Source: Squalus acanthias (lineage: Eukaryota). Taken from it: a stretch of 64,000 bases of DNA. The stretch is from positions 11,100,001 through 11,164,000 of the forward strand of contig CM059433.1 in NCBI GenBank assembly GCA_030390025.1, read 5' to 3'. The notes beneath the pieces were generated by a model. That model was not told the DNA's origin. It saw only the letters and a program-made list of their open reading frames with translations, and made no database searches. Position numbers and translations under genes: made by a program. Position 1 is the first letter of the stretch; every line of letters begins with the position of its first letter. This document shows, piece after piece, positions 11,955 to 22,574 of this stretch.

Positions 11955-12749
11955 GGGGGCGATTTTGCCTGGGGAGGTGGGTATGGAGGCGGGACTGCCG
12001 GGAAAATGGCAGAATCTGGGGGCGGCCCCAAACCCGCCTCCGTGCCATCTTCCCAGAAGGCGGGTACCCGACCCGCGCCGGGTCCCGTCTCCTCGAGGCG
12101 GGGAGGGGATTAGTGCCAATTAACTGCCTGTTAACAGGTAGTTAACAGGCAGTTTTTTGGCTAATCCCTATTTTGAGCCCTAAAGTGTGGGCTTCCCGAT
12201 GGCTCCGAACCTCAGCGAGGCGAGCCGTGGGTCTACGGGGGTCGGAGGGGCCGAAATGTCCGGTTTGCAGGTGAGTGATGACTGCAAGTGTGGAGCAGTA
12301 AGTGTGTGAGGTGAGTCTAAAGTGTTTTAATAAGATTACTTACCTTTGCTTCTTCCTCCAGGCTTCATCCCTTTAGGCTGCGGAGCTGCCTCATCTCCAC
12401 GGCAGAGAAAGCAGATTGGCCGCTGCATTCTGCTCAGGAAAGCTTTCTAAGTGAGCCTGTGTCCAATGTCTCAACTTAGAGGACAGATTGTCAGTGTTTG
12501 ACAGCTTCACAGAGCTCTCAAACGATGACAATTCATCTGTCAAAAAATCTTGACAGATGAAACGTCATTCGCTGACATCATCTGTCACCGGCTTTCCCTT
12601 AATTGGCCGGCTAAGCCCGCTAGGCGGACTTAACAAGGCCAATCAAGGGAAAATAGCGTGGGTTGGCCAGACGTCGATGGAGGCGGGACTGAAACTCGAC
12701 AAGCAGCAGTCCCGCCTCCATCACCTCCCCATTGATAAAATCACCCCCC
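11955..12749 (+). mobile_element. Harbinger-type MITE family 2, copy 1
   Basis: TIR GGGGGCGATTTT / AAAATCACCCCC; subterminal GGAGGCGGG repeats; colinear with 22575-24568 and with the reverse complement of 28753-29596. Confidence 0.85.
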
Positions 12750-13452
12750 GAGAGTTTCAGGAAGAATTCCTCTTACTGTGTTTGGGTGTAACTTCATCAC
12801 CTGGATACAGTGCAGAGAGGAAAATCCGAGCGGGGGAAGATGCCATCTCAGCAACGGCGCCTGGTCAGCTTCCCGTCCGTTAATTTAAAAGGGCAGAAAA
12901 TCAGGAGGACTCCACTTCACACGTGGAATCTTCCGGTTTATTATGCCCGGGTGACCCTCTACGCCCAGATGCAATGAGAGGAAAATTTGCCCCTTTGTCT
13001 CCTAAGTCAGCTGGGCTCACTTTCCGACTCGCTCGCCTGCAGCGGATTTCAGAAGATCGGGTGCACACTGCGTAGAAATTTCCAACCGTTGAAGTTAACG
13101 GTTGGGAAAAGCATGCACAGCACATGACTGAATTTCTGACACAGGACTCTCGATGGCCAAGTGGAAGTCAGAAAATTACCTCTAAAATATCAGCTTTGAA
13201 ATGAATGCACAAGTCCCACTTTGATGTTTTAAAACTGATTTAAACTAAGACACGGTGAAGAAAAATGCAGAAGCCGTGGACCGCGTGCTCCATTTTTTTC
13301 TTGTCATGATGTCACTGCATCATCACCCATAGATGATGCAATCACAGAATGTTTGTCAGTATACTTAGGGGACCGTCTCACAAACTGCATAACAAGACTT
13401 CAACGCTCCTTTAATAACACTCAGCAGAATCAGGGGGGGTCTCAAACACAGA

Positions 13453-16260
13453 AGCCGTGATTTTGCCGGCGCTCAGGGGGACAGGTTCGGAGGCGGGTCA
13501 GGTGTTGAAGTCGCGATGATTGACGACAGGTATGGAAACCCGTCGTGAACCCGCCTCTGTGTGAGTTTCAAATGTGTCGGGCCTGTGATTTTACAACAGA
13601 CCCGACACCAAGCGGTGGGTGAGGGATTTAAGGCACTTAACTCCTTGTTAAGTGCTTGTTAGCTGCTATTTTGATAGCCTTTTGCAATTTTCCAACATTT
13701 GATTCGGGTTTCACGACGTTCGGAGATCACGCCAGGTAAGTGTGCCGGGAGGGCCAACGAGCTGCAAACTTCACTGCTGCAACTGCAGTCTAAAAGCTGC
13801 ACTCTCAAATCTGCTCAATTTCAGATGTCAGGGGTTGGTGATTTCACGATTTGGAAGACTGTCTTGAAGCTGTGTCTGTTGGTAACTCTATATCCACTGT
13901 CACCTGCATTGCTGGACATAAAAGGCGCCCTGACCCTTCACTGTGCCACCTCAAATTGGGATCACACAAATGGCAGGGATGTCAAACGTTCATACAAGAT
14001 TAATTTATTGCAACATAATAAAAGAACAGAAACTTAACATTGCATTCTATGAGAACACTCAAGTGATTACCCTTGAGATCATTTATGTGTCAGCTTCCTC
14101 TTATGCGTGCTTCTACGTGGTGCTACCCCTGTGGCTTCAGTAGATGTAGAGATAGCCTGCTCACTTCCCTGCTGCACCTGGTTAGATGCCTTTGGCAGTC
14201 ATCCTCTGGGTTTTGGAGCCTTTGAAGGCCCCACCAAAGGCTGCTCCTCCTGTGGTTGGATGGGGCAGATTCGGTCATCACTGCACCGGCAGTCGTCTGG
14301 GGCTCTGGCCGAGGGGTTGGCAAGGGATGGAAGTTGGAGCGTTTGGAGAGGAGCCCCCACTTGCATGTCACCTCCCACCATCATCCCTCTCAAGGGCCAC
14401 CTGCACTTCTCTGCTAGCAAGTAGCTAGAGATCAGCTTGCTGCACATCAGTGGGGCCATGAGGACCCGTCTCTGTACTAACAGTCCTCATAACAGGAACA
14501 TCCATGTACCTCTGGTTCCTCTCCATGATAGATGCCCTTCTATCCTCCATAGCTGACCATCTATTTAGAAGAGTCACCATGTTGTTTTGAGTCTGGCGAT
14601 TTATGTCCTCCATGGAGGTTGCCATCCTTTCCATGGCGGTACCTACATTTGCCATTGCGTGCACCACGGCATTGCTCATGTTTGAGATGGACTCCTCCAT
14701 TCTCTGCACACTCACAGTCACCGTGGTTGCAAACCCAGTCAGAGCCGCCTGCACTTGGTCCTGAAACTCCAGCACCGCTCTCTTTCTAGATGGCCCCCGA
14801 GGCTCAGCGTCTACATGCAGCAGAGCAGAGCTAGGAGCGTCCTGTGGCCTCCAAAGAGGACTCTCCACTGCTGTCCCTGTTTCCACCATCTGCTCTTACT
14901 CACTCGTGCGTTGTGATACACCAGGTGACACCACTACTCTATCTCGAGAACGACCCACCATGGTGTGCATCACTGCGCTAGTGCTGGGTGCGATCATTTC
15001 TGCTGACGCTGCTCCCTCAGATGATGCAGCATCCTCTGAGGAGTCCTCCGGCTCTTCCTTCAGGGCAGTAGGGAGGGGGGCTCTTGATGTTCCTATGGGA
15101 GAGGAAAGACATGAGTTAGACATGTGGTGGGTAGATTGCAGACACATCCCATTGTGCACATGATGAGCATTCAATTTCTAATGACATCAGATGCCATATG
15201 TGTCACTCATGGAAGCCAAATCAGATGGATGGAGAAGCATCCTGTCACCAGGTTGTTCAACTGAGCCCCTCTCTCCGTCCTCCACTTCGAGCTGTTCCAC
15301 TGATCCCACAATTTCCAGAGCGGCCTCCTCAGTGTTGGTCAGCTGTGATAAGGATGGTGGTCCTCCTCCTGTTCTCTCCTGCTCCCTCTTATTGCGGGCT
15401 CTCTTTTCCTGCAATGAGAGAAAGAAGTGGAGTTTCAGTGAGACTGATGGAATGAGTGTAAAGAATGGATAGGATAGATGTTTAGAGGGAGATTGTGAAG
15501 GAGTGGGTTCCCATACCGAAGTGCCCTCTTTTGAGTTGTTAGTTGTTGTCAGTGCATAACCTTGAGGGTGGGTGTGAGGGGTGCATAGTTAGATGGGGAA
15601 GTGATTGTGTGCATAGGGAGAGAGGGATAGGGAATGGTGCAAGGGATGTTAGGTTGAGTCAGGATGTGTAGGAGTAGGGTTGGCAATGCAGAGTGATGGG
15701 ATGTGATGACAGGCACAGCAGTATTAAGGTAAGTGAGCTTTTATACTCACTTTTCCAGAACGCAGGAGATCATTGAACCTTTTCCTGCATTGGACCCAGG
15801 TGCGTCTGTACACAGACCTGGCATTGACCTCCTCAGCTATTCGCAGCCAGGCTGCCTTTGTCTGCTGAGGAGGTTTCCTTCTTCCATCACCTGGGTACAG
15901 GACCTACTGACGTCCTCTAACTCCCTCCACAAGAACATGGAGGGAGTCCTGGTTGAAGCGGGGAGCTGCTTTTGTTTCTCTGCAGACATCCTGGTGAGAA
16001 GCAGCAGTCAGAAACACCAGAAACCACCTGAGATCTAAGGGGGGAAACGGTTCCCTTAAATGCACCGGCTGAAAACGCGTCAGCAGAGCAGCTCAGCAGA
16101 CCCGCACCTTGTGAGGAGGGCAGATAACCCACACGGCTGGCTTAACTAGGCCAATCAGCGGAAAATTGTGTCAGCAGGCCGGCAAGAGCCAGCAGCGGGA
16201 CGGGAACCCGCCCACTACCGTTCCCACCTCAAACCCGCCTCCAGGAAGAAAATCGCTGCC
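13453..16260. mobile_element. Internally deleted PIF/Harbinger transposon A (Myb gene kept, transposase absent)
   Basis: Imperfect TIR AGCCGTGATTTT / AAAATCGCTGCC, TSD AGA (13450-13452, 16261-16263), subterminal GGAGGCGGG motifs, internal Myb/SANT gene. Confidence 0.75.
14105..15989 (-). pseudogene. Harbinger Myb/SANT-like DNA-binding protein gene, 3 exons (15989-15751, 15408-15249, 15092-~14105), disabled
   Basis: AAPRFNQDSLHVLVEGV...AAWLRIAEEVNARSVYRRTWVQCRKRFNDLLRSGK|gtgagt, then ag|EKRARNKREQERTGGGPP; frameshift and in-frame stops. Confidence 0.85.
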
Positions 16261-17274
16261 AGAGAGTCATTTTATACACACAGATCACTTGACGAGGGCT
16301 ACAGTCACCCCATCATTAACTACAGCATAAAACTGGTAACAGCTAAGAACTTGCATTATTCTGTAAGTGAAGTTTTGCAAGGATGCAATATTATCTCGAA
16401 GAAATTAAAAAGATGAAACCACACGGCTACTTTTCCACTTTACTACTTGGTTACAAGCATCACTTAAGAGTTAATGAGCTGATGTAAATCACAGTATTTA
16501 TTCCATTCACTGCCATACCTTGCAAATCATCTAATTATTTAATTACCAGTACCTCACCACTGAGACTTGGCTGCTGATCAACTGAAAATAATATGCAGGT
16601 TAGAACGTGAATTTACTGCATGCGAGCCACGAAGACAGGAGAAATACTTAATGAACTGAGCTGAGCTGAGAGCAGAATTTGAAACTACCAGAATGGTTTA
16701 TTAATTTCAGTGTAACTTTGTAACCTAGAAGTTATCTTGAAAAAAAAAGAAGTTATCTTGAAATTCATGAAGAGCCAAATTGTCAGATATCGTTTCTGTC
16801 CACCACCACCACCACCACCCCCGCCCCTCCCCCCACCCCCACCCCCCACCGTGCCTACCCGCATCTTGCTCCAGGTTAAAATAGGGCTCCTAAAAGTTTA
16901 AAGCTCAGTGATGGAAGAGTCCTCTTAGCCACCAGCAACACTCAAGCCTTCCAACATGCTAGTCACTGCTTGGGCTCAGTACACATTGAGCGGTGGCCAC
17001 ATAGCCTCTGAGTCTCAGTCAGAGGGTAAATTTTACACATTCCTAGAATGGACCTTCACCTGTCAGGTGTAAGTATTTAGAAATTCAGGCCCAGAGATCA
17101 GTTGGCCTGGTAGGATCACCCAGGAGTGAAAGTTTTCCTGGAGAGCGTTGTACGTTCTTCCCGTTGCCTCATTCAGGTGGTTCGCAGAGCATTGGCATTG
17201 TCGGACATTAATGTTTCCTGTGTTAACACCATATTGTACTTTGATGGTACCTAGTTTAAGCAAAATCTTTTGTT

Positions 17275-17332
17275 TGCGGAACAGGCTCGAGGGGCTGAAT
17301 GGCCTACTCCTGTTCCTAGGTTCCTATGTTCC
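17275..17332 (+). mobile_element. CR1 3' tail fragment
   Basis: gcggaacaggctcgaggggctgaatggcctactcctgttcct + (gttcctat) tail. Confidence 0.75.
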
Positions 17333-17479
17333 TACTTTTAAGCCTGCCTTCGTTCGCAGCTCAAGCGACACATCTATCACCGACAATAAATGTAATCCAA
17401 AACTACCCAAACTCCTAGAAGCTGGCAGCTGTCCTTCATTCTGCCAGTGGATTTCACACTTCATTCAGCCTTAATCTGT

Positions 17480-17745
17480 CACATTAACACCACCTCTAGC
17501 CTTGCATATCTCTTAATGTCTCTTCATCTCCCCCTTTGTTCCTTTATCCCCTCCCCCTTTTCCCAGCTTTACCCTGGCCTTAAATCTATTTGATTTCCGG
17601 CTCTTCCCAGTTCTGATGAAAGGTCATCGACCTGAAACGTTAACTCTCTTTCTCTCTCCACGGATGCTGCCTGGCCTGCTGAGTTTTTCCAGCGTTTTCT
17701 GTTGTTATTTCGGATTTCCAGCATCCGCAGTATTTTGCTATCGTA
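17480..17745 (+). mobile_element. Penelope-like element terminal (pLTR) fragment
   Basis: Homologous to the 3' non-coding part of the GIY-YIG element at 45301-45929. Confidence 0.75.
17609..17645 (+). ncRNA. Minimal type-I hammerhead ribozyme motif
   Basis: AGUU-CUGAUGA-A-AGGUC(AUC)GACCU-GAAAC-GUU-AACU: stem I AGUU/AACU, 5-bp stem II, palindromic AACGUU helix III. Confidence 0.8.
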
Positions 17746-17854
17746 CCCAAGCTAATAGTTGTCAAACTTTATCGGTTTGAGACAACCAAAATGTTCTCAG
17801 CGCCTTGTGCCCTTGTAGCTAAGGATCCTAGTACTATGAAGTCTACAAAAAGGT

Positions 17855-18190
17855 CTCTCTCTATGTCCTCTTTCAATTGTTCTTCTGTCTCTCCTCCTTC
17901 ACTTCTCTTTATCTCCACTCCTGTATTTCTCCTCCTCTTCTGCGATTGTATTCCTCCCCATTCACTTCTGCCTCTCAGCTCCTACACTTCTCACTTACTC
18001 TCACACCCCTGCTTTACTTCTCTCACTCCCTCACTCTACTTCATCTCTCACTTTCTCTTGCCCCGCCCCTTCACTTCTTGCTTTGCTTCAATTCTCACTT
18101 TCTCTCCCTTTTTCACTTCTCTTTCTTTCTCAGCTCTGCTCCTTTATTTCTCACTCTCAATCTCCTCCACCCCGCACCCTCCTCTTCTGT
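17855..18190. repeat. Pyrimidine-rich (CT) low-complexity tract
   Basis: Strong C/T bias on the + strand. Confidence 0.7.
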
Positions 18191-18377
18191 GCTTTGTTGG
18201 GCCAGGATGCACTCAGATAGGTGGATGAGAAAGGAGGCACTCGCAGAGGGCAGGCAAGTAGACAGATTGAGACACTAAGAATGGGTGGAGGCCAGAGGGG
18301 ATGGTGAGAGAGCGGTGGCGTGGCAAGCACTGGCTTCAGGCGGGCCACGGAATGCAGGTGGATGAGCGTGTGGGCCA

Positions 18378-18527
18378 ATACAACAACAACAACAACGTGT
18401 ATTTATATAGCACCTTTAAAGTAGTAAAACGTCCCAAGGCTCTGCACAGGAGAATTCTAAGACAAAAAAATTTGACACCGATCCACATAAGAATAAATTA
18501 GGGCAGGTGACCAAAAGCTTGGTCAAA
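18378..18527 (-). mobile_element. L2 LINE 3' tail fragment
   Basis: (caa)n tail and gggcaggtgaccaaaagcttggtcaaa (FDQAFGHLP*), matching 44054-44215. Confidence 0.85.
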
Positions 18528-18733
18528 TACACACTGGGGACAGGTGAACAGGTGGCCTAGGGAGCACTCAGGGCAGGCAAGTGGGATAGCCGACAGGCTG
18601 CCAAGTATTAGATGGGCCAGTGAGCAAGTGAGCCAAGGTGCACTTGGGCGAGTGAGCAGGCTGGTAATAATATTATTATGATAATTAATAATTATATTAA
18701 AGTTAATGGAGCAGTGTAAGGTGGTAGATATTG

Positions 18734-19235
18734 TTACATAGGATTGCATAGGATATACAGCACAGAAACAGGCCATTCGGCCCAACCAGTCCCTGCCGGT
18801 GTTTATGCTCCACACGAGCCTCCTCCCGTCTTTCCTCATCTAAATCTATCAGCGTAACCCTCTATTCTCTTCTCCCTCATATGTTTGTCCAGCCTCCCCT
18901 TAAATGCATCCATACTATTCGCTTCAACCACTCCCTGTGGTAGCGAGTTCCACATTCTCACCACTCTTTGGGTAAAGAAGTTTCTTCTGAATTCCCCATT
19001 GGATTTCTTGGTGACAATCTTATATTGATGGCCTCTAGTTATGCTCTTCCCCACAAGTGGAAATGTTCGCTCTGTATCCACTCTATCAACATTTTTCATA
19101 ATTTTAAAGACCTCTATTAGGTCACCCCTCAGCCTTCTTTTCTCAAGAGAAAAGAGACCCAGCCTGTTCATCCTTTCCTGATATGTCTACCCTCGCATTT
19201 CTGGTATCATCCTTGTAAATCTTCTCTGCGCCCTT
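18734..19235 (-). mobile_element. CR1 LINE 3' fragment
   Basis: ORF 18836-19171 RLGLFSLEKRRLRGDLIEVFKI...FFTQRVVRMWNSLP. Confidence 0.93.
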
Positions 19236-20276
19236 CACTTGCCCTGACTTTATCTTGATTTTGATAAGTTTTGTCAAGGAAAGGCCTGGGCTAAAGTGAA
19301 AGTTCATTGAATCAGAGGTAAAAATGTGGCAACTCAAACCAATTCCACAAAATGATAGGAAGAAACCATGGTAACAGTTGCATTTCAGTTGAGTACTCCT
19401 GCTCCTCCTGGCTCACACAGAGTGCTGTAAAAAGCACTCGCCTGCTGGAGCCAGCGACACCCGCCTCCATTTCACAAACCGGGTTTCCCAAGCCCTGGGA
19501 ATCCCGGCCAGCAACTGCTGGATTTACATCAGGCTCCCAACTGCAATGTTAGGAGCCTGATTTAAATATTACAATGAAGTGTCGCATCTCTCCAAGACAG
19601 GAGGCTCGTGCGGCCCGCGGCCCGCTACCCGCCACCGTAAAAATGGCAGCACAAGCGTACGCGGTGGGTTAGGAACACGTTCCACAATTTAAAAGTTTTA
19701 ACCCCCCCCCCGCCCCAACCAACCACACACAACCCTCTCCCGCCCATCGTGGAAACGTTTCTGGGACAGATCAGCAACAGCCTCAGGGATGTTGCTCATG
19801 AGATGGATTTGACTCCAGGTGGGCTGTGAAGGCCAGGTCAGGCTGTTAAAACTTCAACAGAGCCAAAATGAAGAGGGGAGGGGTCTGTTATCATTGACAT
19901 GCACGGACAGGAGAAATCACGCCATGGGCTGATAAAACAGGCCGCCTAGCCCAACCCAATAATTGCACCTCCAGCCAAGTACTCCAAGTTGAGTCTCAGG
20001 TACCCATATACAGGAGCAGACCTCTGCGAGAATACTTTTTCTTGGGATTTACACCACTGTAAAGACAACTTTATGAGTAAGGATAAAAATTTTATTCTTA
20101 ATGTTTTATGAGTTATTCGTGGAATGAATGTGGCCTCTCAAACCAACTTCACCAAATTAATTCATTAGTTTGAATGGTCACTTTCTGCCACTCGCCAGTT
20201 TAGGATTGGCAGCTTGCAAAAATAAATGGAGTGATATCAGCTGCTTGGTTTTCTGTTGCTTACTCATTCATCATAA

Positions 20277-20706
20277 GGGCAACACGGTGGCATAGTGGTT
20301 AGCACTGGTGCTTCACAGCACCAGGGACACCGGGTTCGAATCTGACCTCGGGTGACTGTCTGTGTGGAGTTTGCACATTCTCCCCGTGTCTGCGTGGGTT
20401 TCCTCCGGGTGCTCCGGTTTCCTCCCACAGTCCAAAAAAAAAAAAAAAATGTGCGGGTTAGGTTGATTTGGCTATGATAAATTGATCCTTAGTGTTAGGG
20501 TGGGATTAAATATGTGGGGTTATGGGGATAGGATGGGATATGTTAGGGGCAATTAAATACGGGGGTAGTGTGGGATATGTGTACTGTGGGGATTAAAGCA
20601 GGGGACAGGGTACTGGATTTGGATAATCAGCCATGATCGTATTGAATGGTGGAGCAGGCTCGACGGGCCGAATGGCCTACTCCTGCTCCTAGATTCTATG
20701 TTTCTA
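20277..20706 (+). mobile_element. HE1-like V-SINE (tRNA head, V domain, CR1/HER1 tail)
   Basis: A box GGTGGCATAGTGG, B box GGTTCGAATC, V core gtggagtttgcacattctccccgtgtctgcgtgggtttcctccgggtgctccggtttcctcccaca, CR1-type 3' tail. Confidence 0.9.
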
Positions 20707-20986
20707 TCATTAGTAGTTATCAACTGTTTTCGAATAGACCGTGACAGTTTTGAACTGTGGCATCTCTGAAGCCACGTTTTCAGGTGTGATCCTTTTAAAA
20801 GGTGTAATATTATGGATGTGCTTTCGACGCAAGACTTTTAATTAGACAGATTGGTATTTAGATAGCCACTGTTCTGGATTTAATCACATTGTAAATGATA
20901 TATTCTACAGGAAGTTACAATTCAGTGGGGAAATCATTCCTGTTTATTAAATTATCCATTCTTCAGGGAAGTAGAGGCAAAAACAT

Positions 20987-21527
20987 TCCTTACCTAAGAA
21001 AGGATATACTTGCCATGGAGGGAGTGCAGCGAAGGTTCACCAGACTGATTCCTGGGATGGCAGGACTGTCGTATGAGGAGAGATTGGGTCGACTAGGCCT
21101 GTATTCACTAGAGTTTAGAAGAATGAGAGGGGATCTCATTGAAACGTATAAAATTCTGACAGGGCTAGACAGACTGGATGCAGGGAGGATGTTTCCCCTG
21201 GCTGGGGGGTCTAGAACAAGGGGTCACAGTCTCAGGATACGGGGTAGGACATTTAGGACTGAGATGAGGAGAAATTTCTTCACTCAGAGGGTGGTGAACC
21301 TGTGGAATTCTCTACCACAGAAGGCTGTGGAGGCCAAGTCACTGAATATATTTAAGAAGGAGATAGATAGATTACTAGACACAAAAGGCATCAAGGGGTA
21401 TGGGGAGAGAGCGGGAATATGGTATTGAGATAGAGGATCAGCCATGATCATATTGAATGGCAGAGCAGGCTCGAAGGGCCGAATGGCCAACTCCTGCTCC
21501 TATTTTTCTATGTTTTCTATGTTTCTA
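20987..21527 (+). mobile_element. CR1 LINE 3' fragment
   Basis: PYLRKDILAMEGVQRRFTRLIPGM...; near-identical to 48732-49266. Confidence 0.93.
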
Positions 21528-22574
21528 AGGCGACTGGCTGTTACTGTATAATGGAAAAACTAGAGCACTGGAGGAATGAACATGATGGGCCAAATGGGCT
21601 TTACTCAACCTTGACTTATCTTATGCCTTTGTGCATTACTGTGAATGCTTCTTATTCCACTGCCAACAGCATACTGTTCTTACTCGTGTCGACTGCATTC
21701 ATGAGCTTGACTTCATCCTTCCAGTAACAAATGATGAGTAAATGTAATAACTCATACTTCCTATGACAACATTTTCATTGCTTAATTGATGGGGGTGCAT
21801 TTTCCACGAGAATGGTGAGTTTTGGCGATGACATAATTTACCCATGATTCATACTTAAAAAAAAATAGCATGGTAACCCAGGTGACCTAATTAAATGAGA
21901 GCAGTGCTTTGACTGGAGTATGGAACAGCTCAGAAATGATTGCAGTAATTAAATACAGTAAAACGTAATGTAATAAAATGAATGATAGATCTCCACAGTT
22001 CAGTTTCACTGGAAAAAATCCCCACATAAATTATTGCACACAATGGGGCCAAAAATCCTTGGGCTCCAGTCTGCCGGTGGAAGTACAGCAGAGCGGAGCA
22101 TGGGCGACCTCCACTCCTGACCCTGCTGGGGTATCCAGGATCAGGACGGGGTCACCTGCGTCACTGTGGGCATATTTTGGGTGCCTGCTGGAGGGGTGGG
22201 TGGTCAAGGTACTGTCAGCAAGACACCCACTGGCCAGCCAGAACCACAAATGAAAAGACATTTTCTTCCATGCTGCCCAATTGGCCCCCTTTATAAGGGG
22301 GGGTAATACCAACGATGGGGCGGGAACTTTAATGTGGGTCAAAGCCAAGACCCACTTACATCACCGAGAAGACCTGTAGACCAGGTTCCATCCCAACCTC
22401 AAGGTTGTTCAGTGGTAGGTAGGCCAGGGCCAAGGGAAACTCCCAATGTGAGAACTCCCTCCCGCAGCCCCACCCCTCTGATCATCTGGAGCTCTGTTTG
22501 AAGCAAACGGACGTTCCGACAATTCCCGACCCATCCATGAGCTTGTAACTGTCAAGAATCTGAGCCGAGACCAA

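Noticed and set aside
17791..18278. Hydrophobic 133-145-aa ORFs as membrane proteins
   Set aside because: Translation of a CT-rich low-complexity tract
20277..20355. tRNA gene
   Set aside because: The A/B boxes belong to a V-SINE head and are followed by the V core and CR1 tail. The Deu-SINE heads are rejected for the same reason.
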